A stretch of 39,809 bases of DNA from Octopus sinensis (GCF_006345805.1 NW_021835493.1:1-39809); one strand, 5' to 3'; counted from the stretch's first letter, positions 1 to 9,990 are shown. Made by a program: numbers and translations. The notes: generated by a model not told the origin, from the letters alone.

Positions 1-10
1 CCCATATTTA

Positions 11-39
11 TATATGTATATGTATGTATGTATGTATGA

Positions 40-70
<31 letters not shown>

Positions 71-97
71 TGTATGTATGTATGTATGTATGTATGT
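11..97. repeat. (TATG)n microsatellite
   Basis: Direct read of tandem TATG units. Confidence 0.95.
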
Positions 98-204
98 GTT
101 TGTGTGTGTACATCAGTGTCTGCGTGTGTGTCTGTGTGTATATTTGAACAGGATACGTTGGCGTTTTGATTATATGCACGCATAACTGCTTGGATATCTA
201 TGCA

Positions 205-562
205 GGTGTGTGTGTGTTTGTGTGTATGTGTGTGGTGATACGTGTGTGTATGTATGCGTGTGTGCTGTGTGTTTAGTGGTGTTGATGTGTGTGTGTTGTG
301 ATGTTTGTAGTGGTATTCATGTGTGTGTGGTGGTGTTGTATAAATGTGTGCTCGCTGTGTGTGTGGTGATGTGTGTGTATGTATTTGTGTGTGTATGTAT
401 TTGTGTGTGTGGTGGTGATGTGTGTCGTGGTGGTGATGTGTGTGTGGTGATGTGTGTGTGGTGATGTGTGTGTGGTGATGTGTGTGTGGTGATGTGTGTG
501 TGGTGATGTGTGTGTTTTTTGATGATGTGTGTGTGTATGTATTTGTGTGTGTGTGTATGTGT
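205..562. repeat. TG-rich minisatellite with ~14 bp unit GTGTGTGTGGTGAT
   Basis: Unit repeated near-perfectly about 8 times at ~405-520, degenerate on both sides. Confidence 0.85.
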
Positions 563-789
563 GGGCAGGAGACTATGTCCGCTGTTGTCCTTTAGTGTCT
601 GTTTGTCGCTCTTCTATTGGACAGTTCAGAATTGGTCGTTTCTTTGAGACTGCAGTTCACAGGAGTTTGTGGGTACGGTAGCAGTGCTAGTGGTGGCTGA
701 TGTGGTTGCTGTTGTGGTTAAGGTAGTGGTGGTGGTGTAGATGGCAGTGATGGTTGAGATGTTGTTATTGCTCTTGTTGTTGATGGTGG

Positions 790-1167
790 TTGCTGTTGCT
801 GTTGAACGAAGCGCTCTTCGTCCCAGAGCTCGCAAGATGGGAGAAGTCCGAAACGTGGTCCTTTGGTATTCGTAAGACCCGCAGAAGAGAAAGCAGGTCA
901 ACCCCCGACACCGAGAGCATCGACGGATGGATGAATGCGCATCCAGGCTCAGCGGTTGCGTTGGAAGTCGGGGACAAGAAACAGGAAGAAAGAGTGAGAG
1001 AAAGTTGGAGCGAAAGAGTACAACAGGGGTCGCCATCCGCCCACTGCCGGAGCCTCGTGGAGCCTTAGGTGTTTTCGCCCAATAAACACACACAACGCCC
1101 GGTCTGGGAACCGAAACTGCGATCCTCCGACCGCGAGTCCGCTGCCCTAACCGTTGGGCCATTGCGC
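790..1167 (-). mobile_element. tRNA-derived SINE family B, tail variant 2
   Basis: Minus strand starts GCGCAATGGCCCAACGGTTAGGGCAGCGGACTCGCGG, B-box-like GTTTCGGTTCC; tail ends GGACGAAGAGCGCTTCGTT(CAACAG)n; homologous to 1869-2245. Confidence 0.9.
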
Positions 1168-1307
1168 TTCGGCTGTTGGTGGTGGCGGTAATAATGGTAG
1201 TTTGTTGCGATGATGGTGGCGACGGCGAGCATGGTTATACACGTGGTGGCGAAGGATGTAGCTGCCTTAGTGGAAATGTTGACGATGATTGTAGTGGTGG
1301 TTATGGT

Positions 1308-1690
1308 GGAGACGCAATGGCCCAGTGGTTAGGGCAGCGGACTCGCGGTCATAGGATCGCGGTTTCGATTCCCAGACCGGGCGTTGTGAGTGTTTATTGA
1401 GCGAAAACACCTAAAGCTCCACGAGGCTCCGGCAGGGATGGTGGTGATCCCTGCTGTACTCTTTCACCACAACTTTCTCTCACTCTTACTTCCTGTTTCT
1501 GTTGTACTTGTATTTCAAAGGGCCGGCCTTGTCACTCTCTGTGTCACGCTGAATTGAATATCCCCGAGAACTACGTTAAGGGTATACGTGTCTGTGGAGT
1601 TCTCAGCCACTTACACGTTAATTTCACGAGCAGGCTGTTCCGTTGATCGGATCAACCGGAACCCTCATCGTCGTAACCGACGGAGTGCTT
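1308..1690 (+). mobile_element. tRNA-derived SINE family B, tail variant 1
   Basis: A box TGGCCCAGTGG, B box GTTTCGATTCC; full-length homology to the copy at 29663-30046. Confidence 0.92.
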
Positions 1691-1868
1691 CTATGGCGTT
1701 GGAGATGATCTTCTATGTTTCTATGACGTCAATGAATTTAACGATAAATTTTCATGGCAGCAATAAACTTGGTAAGTCAACAACAACAATGGCAATGAGA
1801 GTAACAACAGCAGTTGTGAAGTAACTTTAACATCAGCAGTAATTCGCATTAACAACAACAACAGTAGT

Positions 1869-2245
1869 GGAGACGCAATGGCCTAGTGGTTAGGGCAGCG
1901 GACGCGCGGTCGGAGGATCGCGGTTTCGATTCCCAGACCGGGCGTTGTGTGTTTATTGAGCGAAAACACCTAAAGATCCACGAGGCTCCGGCAGGGGGTG
2001 GTGGCAACTCCTGTTGTACTCTTTACCCCCAACTTTCTCTCACTGTCTTCCTGTTTCTTGTCCCCGACTTCCTACGCAACCGATGAGCCTGGATGCGCAT
2101 TCATCCATCCGTCGATGCCCTCGGTGTCGGGGGTTGACCTGCTTTCTCTTCTGTGGGTCTTACGAATAGCAAAGGACCACATTTCGGACTTCCCCCAAGG
2201 ACGAAGACCGCTTCGCTCAACAAACAAACAAACAAACAAACGAAC
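1869..2245 (+). mobile_element. tRNA-derived SINE family B, tail variant 2
   Basis: Same head as 1308; 3' half matches 790-1167; ends in (ACAA)n. Confidence 0.9.
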
Positions 2246-2649
2246 AAAAAAAAACAAATAACAACAGCAAAAGTAATGAGAGGCAGAACTGAAACAAGAA
2301 CAAGAACGAAAGAAGAATGTTATTAACAACAGCCTTCCACCTCACCCCGCGGGGTAAACAAGGTGTTTACATTGCTACAAGATCTAGGGAACGGGTAGAG
2401 TTGAATGAAGTGTTCCCCGAATATGCGACTGGTACTTATTGCAGTGACCCTGTTTGGATACGGAATAAAATCACCTTCGGCACGGTTCGAACTCACCAGC
2501 ACCTTTAACTTTGTTACATTCGAAAGAGGAAAAAATTCATAAGCAAAAGCCGTTGTTACGAATTGAACCACGCATATTCTGCTTTCCAGATAAACGTGAT
2601 GAATGTAAAAACAATGATTTACAATGACGTGATTAATATCGTGGCTTTT

Positions 2650-2780
2650 TTTAAATAAAGGGCATTACGGAAAGGTTTGTGTTGACGGACGAGAGTTTCT
2701 CTTGGCAGTGCGAGAACTAGCGCTGGCATCCCACAAGGTTCTCTGCTAGCGTTAAACTTTTTCTTCGTTATGAATAATCC
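2650..2780 (+). mobile_element. Degenerate CR1/L2-like reverse transcriptase relic
   Basis: Reads ...VCVDG...GIPQGSLLALNFFFVMNN, resembling the non-LTR RT motif GVPQGSxLGPxLFxxYIND; frameshifted. Confidence 0.4.
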
Positions 2781-2975
2781 CATGAAATTGTGTATCAGAT
2801 ACACACGCCAACACACGCGCGTGCGAGCGAGCGCGAATACACACACATGCACGCACGTACACACCTTTAGTGGAGACATTGGTTGAGGACGTAAGAAATC
2901 AAGGCTATAAAAAGTGCTTGTTGCACATTATTCAGTAATATTGTAGCTAGGAAAAAATAAAGTTAACGACGTAAA

Positions 2976-3015
2976 CAACAACAACAACAACAACAGCAGC
3001 AGCAGCAGCAGCAGC

Positions 3016-3062
<47 letters not shown>
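2976..3062. repeat. (CAA)n/(CAG)n microsatellite
   Basis: Direct read. Confidence 0.95.
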
Positions 3063-3084
3063 GACGTAACTATATTAATTGAAA

Positions 3085-3275
3085 TTTTGGCCAGCAATTT
3101 CGGAAGAGAGGGCTTGTCGATTAGATGCACTGCAGTGCATAACTGTTTCTTATTTAATCGATCTCCAAAGGATGAAAGGCAAAGTTGATCTCGGCGGAAT
3201 TTGAACTTCGAATGCAAAGTTGGACGAAATGCCGTTAAGTATTTTGTCCGGCGTGCTAACGATACTGCCACTTCA
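3085..3275 (-). mobile_element. tRNA-derived SINE family A, diverged copy
   Basis: Reverse complement of head GGCAG..CGTTAGCACGCCGG, B box GTTCAAATTCCGCCGAG and body GCCTTTCATCCTTT. Confidence 0.8.
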
Positions 3276-3282
3276 TCACTTT

Positions 3283-4215
3283 AGGAGTTGGACATGAAGG
3301 CAAAACAGCCCCTAACCATGCACACACTACGTGCAGACACTGACCGACTGTACATGAAAAGCGCAAAAGGGGAAAGGGTTCTGATAGGTGTGGAAAACCT
3401 CGTGCATATTGACCATGGGAACTTGCTGAGATACTTATCCCAAAGTGAGGAAACCTTGTTAGCGCCAGTTAGAGACGAGGGCAAAGAGAGGAAAAAATAA
3501 AAGTACCAAACAAAAAGTACAAGAAGGATATGTAAAAGTACTACGCATCAAGGGACTACACGGTGAATTCCATGAAGCCACAACGGAAATTGCTGGGAAA
3601 GGTAGGTCAGACAGGTTAAAGTAAGGAACACTTCAAAAGGAAACTAAGAACGCTATACTTGCAGTGCAAGACCAAGCTTGGACTGCAGGTTGGAGGATCA
3701 ACCTTAGAAATGAGTAAGTGCTTCCATTGTACCGAATCTATCAGGGAAATCATTGTCAGTATTGTGAGCAAATGCCTCCACTTGCTCGAAACCAATATAA
3801 GTTTTGGCGACATGATGTGGGAGAGAAAGTGCTGCATTGCGAAAATGTGTGAAAAATGGGAGTTAGAGAGGGGTAAGACATGGTACGACCACAAACCTCA
3901 CAGATTGATCTTCGGCGGCGAGCTGGCAGAATCGTTAGCACGCCGAGCGAAATGCTTAGCAGTATTTCGTCTGTCTTTACGTTCCGAGTTCAAATTCCGC
4001 CGAGGTCAACTTTGCCTTTCATCCTTTCGGGGTCGATTAAATAAGTACCAGGTACGCACTGGGGTCAATATAATCGACTTAATCCGTTTGTCTGTCCTTG
4101 TTTGTCCCCTCTATGTGTAGCCCCTTATGAGCAGTAAAGAAATAAGATTGATCTTCGGAGACTTGCAAAGTCATGTGGGAGTTCTCAGTGCAAACAGATT
4201 AGGTGCTTGTGCACA
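3283..4215 (+). mobile_element. Decayed R4/Dong-type LINE 3' fragment, interrupted by a SINE
   Basis: DTDRLYMKSAKGERVLIG (post-RT motif, cf. DVDRLYLPRAQGSRGLI at 9136-9480), ETKNAILAVQDQA, KCFHC..SIVSKC, WYDHKP; resumes after the SINE as RLIFGDLQ. Stops and frameshifts; RLE core absent. Confidence 0.8.
3916..4144 (+). mobile_element. tRNA-derived SINE family A with 14 bp TSD
   Basis: TSD AGATTGATCTTCGG at 3902-3915 and 4145-4158; A-box-like TGGCAGAATCGTTAG, B box GAGTTCAAATTCC. Confidence 0.95.
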
Positions 4216-4216
<1 letters not shown>

Positions 4217-4291
<75 letters not shown>

Positions 4292-4483
4292 GGCTGTTGC
4301 TGCTACTACTACAACTGCTGCTGCTACTGTTGCTGCTGCTGCTACTACTACTACTACTACACTACTACTACTGTTGCTACTGCTGCTGCTGCTGTTGTGC
4401 TACTACTACAACTGCTGCTGCTACTACTACTACTACTGCTGTTGCTACTACTACAACTGCTGCTGCTACTGTTGCTGCTGCTG

Positions 4484-4517
<34 letters not shown>

Positions 4518-4523
4518 AACTAT

Positions 4524-4559
<36 letters not shown>

Positions 4560-4632
4560 GGCTGTTGCTGCTACTGCTGCTGCTGCTGTGTTGCTACTAC
4601 TACAACTGCTGCTGCTACTGTTGCTGCTGCTG

Positions 4633-4664
<32 letters not shown>

Positions 4665-4692
4665 GTTGCTACTGCTGCTGCTGCTGCTGCTG

Positions 4693-4727
<35 letters not shown>

Positions 4728-4734
4728 GCTGTTG

Positions 4735-4769
<35 letters not shown>

Positions 4770-4818
4770 GCTGTTGCTACTACTACTACTACTACTGCTG
4801 CTGCTGCTGTTGCTGCTG

Positions 4819-4852
<34 letters not shown>
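4217..4852. repeat. Compound (CTA)n/(CTG)n/(TTG) trinucleotide array
   Basis: Direct read; it produces the four 100-250 aa low-complexity ORFs. Confidence 0.97.
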
Positions 4853-5134
4853 AAACCACAAAAAATTAACTGACAAGGGAGGTAACGTTATGTCAATATC
4901 TGATGAAGCGAGGAACGATTATACTTTCACTAATAATTAAATAATAATTAAAAAAGGTGTTATAATGAATGATCGATTCATAATTGGATTCCTAAGTGTA
5001 AAGACTGTTTGTTTGGCATTTATATTTTGCAGACAACATTTAACACGTACATAAAACTCTTCTGACGCTGATTGTGAACGTATGAACTCCATATCAGCTT
5101 TATTAAAACCTATATTTCCTTTTTACTTTTACAA

Positions 5135-5488
5135 CATGAGAGCAAATACATTTCTGGTTGGTCAAAATGTTTACATCGCAACTACGAGATTTTGGTTTCG
5201 ATCTCACAGTGTGGCATTTAGGCGAGTGTTTGATACCATTGCCTGGGATTGACTATTTTTGGGAAATGCCTTTTATATGATTATCAGTGAATACCGGTGA
5301 GTCGACAACGTTCATTAAAAAAAAATACGGTACGAATCCTTTTTGATAAAACGTGGGCAATAAAATACGTCAAACTGAGGCTGTGGTATCAAACACTCGC
5401 CTAAATGCCGCACTGTGAGATCGAAACCAAAATCTCATAGTTGCGATGCAAATATATTGACCAACCAGAAACGTGCTTGCCGTCATGT
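5135..5488. repeat. Long inverted repeat (~125 bp arms, ~100 bp spacer), MITE-like
   Basis: 5135-5260 is the reverse complement of 5363-5488, including long identical runs such as GAGATTTTGGTTTCGATCTCACAGTG and GGCATTTAGGCGAGTGTTTGATACCA. Confidence 0.9.
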
Positions 5489-5540
5489 AAAGTAATATTA
5501 TAATATAGGATAGAAATAAAGGGATAGATACTAGACTCTA

Positions 5541-5635
5541 ACTTTGGGATAAGTATCTCAGCAAGTTCCCATGGTCAATATGCATGAAGTTTTCCACACC
5601 TATCAGAACCCTTTCCTCTTTTGCGCTTTTCATGT
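5541..5635 (-). mobile_element. ~95 bp R4-type fragment, inverted copy of 3351-3446
   Basis: Reverse complement aligns to TACATGAAAAGCGCAAAAG...ATACTTATCCCAAAGT with few differences. Confidence 0.85.
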
Positions 5636-5699
5636 AGAAAGGTAATTAAATATCATGCCCCAGCATGGTTGCTGTCCAGTCTTTAAATACACTTCACAC

Positions 5700-6119
5700 A
5701 TATATACAGATGAGATTATCACAGGCAGTAAAATATCCAGATGACGTCACAAGTTTACAGCGGGACCTGAATATACAAGTGTGCTGAAGTAAAGAACATG
5801 CAGTTCAATGCTGGAAAATATCAAGCTCTGCACCATCAACTCACGAATGCAATGCAAGCTGCATATTTAGGAGCTGAAGGCACTGCAGTCCCAGAATCAC
5901 GGGCAGTGAAAGATTTGGCGATCAATATCCTGAAACAGTAAAGCACCAGGGTCGGATCAGTGAAATCGCCTTCTGTACAATCAATATTCGAGGAACAAAT
6001 TACCTAATGAAGTAAATACGGATTTATATTCCTGTCGTATGGAGTCTCAAGGCTGCACATGGATGCAAACACTGCACCAACTGTACAACACCCAACAGAC
6101 ACCGGATGTACGGGAATTG
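5700..6119 (+). mobile_element. Degenerate CR1/L2-like LINE 3' fragment
   Basis: ...YPDDVTSLQRDLN...KNMQFNAGKYQAL...VKDLAI matches the post-YADD region of CR1-group RTs (LQxDL, MxFNxxK, KDLGV); deleted and frameshifted. Confidence 0.55.
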
Positions 6120-6133
6120 AAGGTTCCAAGTAA

Positions 6134-6360
6134 GGTGAACTGGCAGAAACGTTAGCACGCCGGGCGAAATGTTTTGCGGTATTTCGTCTGCCGCTACGTT
6201 CTGAGTTCAAATTCCGCCGAGGTCGACTTTGCCTTTCATCCTTTCAGGGTCGATTAAATAAGTACCAGTTACGCACTGGGGTCGATGTAATCGACTTAAT
6301 CCGTTTGTCTGTCCTTGTTTGTCCCTTCTGTGTTTAGCCCCTTGTGGGTAGTAAAGAAAT
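6134..6360 (+). mobile_element. tRNA-derived SINE family A with 14 bp TSD
   Basis: TSD AAGGTTCCAAGTAA at 6120-6133 and 6361-6374. Confidence 0.95.
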
Positions 6361-6861
6361 AAGGTTCCAAGTAACGTGAATAATAAACAAATAGCAACAG
6401 ATGGATCGTAGTCACTACAGCTGTTTCATATACACTCAACACACACACACACATATGTATGTATGTATGTATGTATATATGTATGTATATATATAGTTTG
6501 TCTCTTATTTTGGTGAAACTGAGACAAAGGTAAAGTACCTTTGCTCAATGTGCCGCGCAACGGGATCGAAACCAGAAACAGTGCTCCACAACACAGTAGT
6601 GTATGTGTATCCTTTGTTTAAACCGAAGGAAACTAAATACTGAAGAGTAGAGCGTGTTTTGTTAGTTTGATGTAAAGTTGAATTAAAATGGCTTGAATTG
6701 ATGTCAATAATTCATTAGTGAGTGTATATGCAGTTTACTTTTTATTGCTATCTTTGACATATTCCATGGCTAAAAGTATCTACAAGATATATACTAAATA
6801 CATGCATGCAAATATCAGTAATGATTTTCAGTTACGGCACGTAATACTGATGTCTATATAC

Positions 6862-6878
6862 ATAAATACATACATACA

Positions 6879-6914
<36 letters not shown>

Positions 6915-6922
6915 TATGTATA

Positions 6923-6968
<46 letters not shown>

Positions 6969-7032
6969 ATGCACATCTATACATATATATTTACACATAC
7001 GTACATTTACACACACACACACAAACACACGC
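6862..7032. repeat. (CATA)n/(TA)n/(CA)n compound microsatellite
   Basis: Direct read. Confidence 0.95.
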
Positions 7033-7364
7033 GCACCCCCCGCCCCCACACACAGAGTCAGTGTTTGTCAAAAGAAGAAATATTGACCAGCGTAACCATA
7101 ACAACGTAGATTCTGGTCAGGCAATAAGGATCATTTGATGAATCGAATCGATTCCAAGAAACTTGTTGCTTTTCTATTCTACATATTCAATATTCATTGT
7201 TGTTGTTGTTGTTGTTATTTTAGTTATTGTTGTTGTGGTTATTGATGCATTTTGTATGTTGGTTTTGTACATCTTGTTTTTGATGTTGTTATTAATATTT
7301 GGTGATAATGAAGATTAATGATCGTTAATGATGATTTTCTAATTCGGCGCATGTCGATACTGTT

Positions 7365-7371
7365 ATTATTA

Positions 7372-7418
<47 letters not shown>

Positions 7419-7448
7419 GTTATTATTGTTGTTGTTATTATTGTTATT
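7365..7448. repeat. (ATT)n/(GTT) tract
   Basis: Direct read; flanks the 7449-8003 element. Confidence 0.95.
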
Positions 7449-8003
7449 GACTGAGAGAGCAGTGCATGCCATCAAAGTGATTCTGGGGTGAAATATACGA
7501 AGCCCAGTATACCCATCATGACTACCCGTTGGATAAGGGTACACTAGGCACATGCATCACAACGATATTTATGCGACATGGTGATCTCATATCATGATAA
7601 ACAGCACATGACCTTGCAGTTGGGGCCCAGTTAGAATTTTATTGTGGTCGAGTAACCCATCCCACTCAAAAGATCTCTGAATATGGGTTGTTTAAGAATG
7701 TTGAACGAAACACCCATTTTTCCAGAGGTCAATTATTCGAACCCCAAAGAATCCCTCTCACCATATGGTTATGATGCTCCCCCACTACTTCTGCTCGTGA
7801 TCAGAGATGCACATATCATCAGCCACTAAGGGACATGCTCAACTGGTTAAGGTCAAGCATCTGACAAGCAAATCTGTGGTATTGAGCAGAATGTTTGCTG
7901 TAGTCCATCTTTTATACGAAGACAAAACAATGTACATGAGAACACTTCCAATCAGTTAAGATCAGAAGCCGCGAGAACCACCGCCTGGTACTGCATCAGG
8001 TCA
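7449..8003 (-). mobile_element. ~555 bp non-coding element bounded by (TAA)n on both sides; family unassigned
   Basis: Sharp complexity and GC transitions at both ends; no long ORF, no TIR, no tRNA head; abuts the 3' tail of the R4 copy. Orientation is assumed from the flanking repeat polarity. Confidence 0.55.
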
Positions 8004-8016
8004 TTTATTATTATTA

Positions 8017-9989
8017 CTTTTGTTTCTTCTTTCTTCAAATGTTCTTCCGTTTCTCGCCGAGTGTTTTCCGTACACTTAGGGCAGAGAAGCTCATTGTATG
8101 CATTCCCGGATTACACGGGCAAATTCTCAGGTAAAATATGTATTTAAAAATTGATAAATAAATAAATTCATGAATGGATGTTGTTTTCACAGCGATAATG
8201 CTCATATCAGTACATGAGCCGTTCCAGTTAATACGATTTTTTGCACTTCCTGTAGGGATGGTAAGCCTGGAATCATTTTCAAATCGGTTTCAGTACCTTT
8301 TTTATCATTCCTAGAGATCCTACAATCACTGGTACTATAGTTGCCTTGAGATGCCACAGTTTTTCAATTTCTGTTAGCAAGTCTTTATATTTACTAGTCT
8401 TGTCAAATTCTTTCGCCGCTATATTGTGATCACAGGGAATACTCATGTCAATTAATAAACACGTCCTTTTTGTCTGATCTTTTATAATAATATCCGGTTT
8501 ATTAGCTTTTATAGTTTTGTCGGTATGAACGGGGAAGTCCCATAGAATCGACACATTTTCTCCCTGAGTCACAGCTTCAGGATGGTGTTTATACCATTTG
8601 GCAGCGGTTTTGATTTTATAATGCCGACATATTGTCCAATCTAAATCCTGGCCGACTCTGTCGTGTCTTTCTTTAGATTCTACAGGTACTAAGACTCTAC
8701 ACCCTGAGATTAGGTGGTCTATTGTTTCAATCTCATCGTTACAGAATCGGCATTTTGGTTCAACTCCATTTTGCATCACATTGGCTTGGTAGTTCCGGGT
8801 TAATAAGCTTTGGCCTTGAGCAGCTAATATGAAACCTTCCCTCCCTGCTTTTAGCCCTGAGCTTCGTAACCTTTGGTGCGTGTGTTTCTGGTTGACATCA
8901 GCTTTCTTGCTACGGGCAACATACTTGCCATGCAGAGCTTTCTGTTCCCATCTGCTAGTTAATTTTTCATGTGCCTTTGTCTTTGCAATTAATTTTATTT
9001 TCTTTGCAACAGCAGTTGGCGCATTTCCTTCAACCTGCTCAATCTGGTAGGTATCTAAGAGATCAGTAGCGAATTTTTTGCTCTCTTTCAGAATAGAGTG
9101 AAGTTTTTTCGGTCTTTCATATTTTTCAACAAGTTTCAGCATCCAATCGGTGATTGCTTCAAGGTATTTGGCCAGTCCATTGTGGTAGTTTTGTATGCAC
9201 GTTCAAGCTGGATCAAACCTCGACTTCCCTGAGCTCTGGGAAGGTAAAGGCGATCCACGTCTGCCTTTGGATGGTGCATCTTATTACAAGTCATTAGCTT
9301 GCGGATTTTTCCGTCAATTTTCATTATTTCACTGGTATTCCAGTTAAGCACATTCATGCTATAAATAACAACTGGTACTGCTAAGGAATTTATGGCTAAC
9401 ACCTTATTATATGCATTCAGCTCAGACTTCAGGACTACTCGAACTCTTCTATAACATTCCTTCTTAACCTTCTCTTTCATGCTTGCATGCTGGATACCAG
9501 AGCCTTCATTTATTCCTAGCTACTTATCCGTTTGCTCCTGCTCAAGTTCCTTTATTACTGTTTCAACATCTAATTCGATTGAACTTGACTTTATCAATTT
9601 CCCTTTCTTAAAAGTGGCTTTGGCACACTTTTCAAGGACAAACTCTATCCCAATATTATCACTGAATCCTTTCACAGTATGTAGTAGTCCTTCAAGCTCT
9701 TCATCATCTTTGCCCTATAGTTTTAAATCATCCATATAAAATAGATGGCTTATTTTCCTGTTGTCAATTTTGTAGCCATATTCTGTTCTGTTCAGTTCAC
9801 TTAAGAGTAGTATTAGTGCTATGCAGAAAATTAGTGAGTGAAAGGGAGTCACCTTGGAAAATGCCACAGTTTATGCTAATATTGTTTGAGCGCAATACTC
9901 CATTAGAATGATATAATTGGAGCTTCGTGTTCCATAGTGACATATTATACTTTAAAAAATCTGAAATCACAGGAGGAATTTTGAAAATG

Positions 9990-9990
<1 letters not shown>
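8017..9990 (-). mobile_element. 5'-truncated R4/Dong-type non-LTR retrotransposon (RT C-terminal half, CCHC, RLE)
   Basis: GIFQGDSLS, SHLFYMDDLKL (9721-9750), DVDRLYLPRAQGSRGLIQLE, KCRFCNDEIETIDHLISGC, ILWDFPV..KPDIII..LIDMSIP..KE..K..KY, ending IVPVIVGSLGMI. At least two frameshifts and in-frame stops. The 3' UTR ends in (TAA)n and the 5' end abuts (TAA)n. Confidence 0.95.

Noticed and set aside
1308-1385. tRNA-like sequences at SINE heads
   Set aside because: A and B boxes are present but acceptor and anticodon stems do not pair properly, and each is followed by SINE body; not tRNA genes, and I do not assign an isotype.
626-2329. ORFs of 60-178 aa with mixed composition (also 29628-29957, 31114-31611, 14880-15146)
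   Set aside because: They lie within non-coding SINE copies and are not conserved in frame between copies.
2344-2370. 12 bp palindrome ACCCCGCGGGGT with adjacent GTAAAC..GTTTAC; also the 14 bp palindrome at 31029-31042
   Set aside because: Within chance expectation for a 40 kb window; no supporting context.
4900-4920. CTGATGA or CTGACGA hammerhead-like cores at 4900, 7813-7821 (minus), 37090 and 38912
   Set aside because: No properly placed stem II plus GAAA plus stem III.
4127-4940. Four long ORFs (101-248 aa) of poly-L/Y/T/C/S/V
   Set aside because: Stop-free reading of the (CTA/CTG)n microsatellite; no coding signal. The same applies to the YI/CV/HT/SIYL-rich ORFs throughout the window.
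7930-8003. HDV-like ribozyme at the presumed 5' end of the 555 bp element (TTCTCGC resembles an L3 loop)
   Set aside because: I could not build P3 or P1 pairings by hand; a covariance search is needed.
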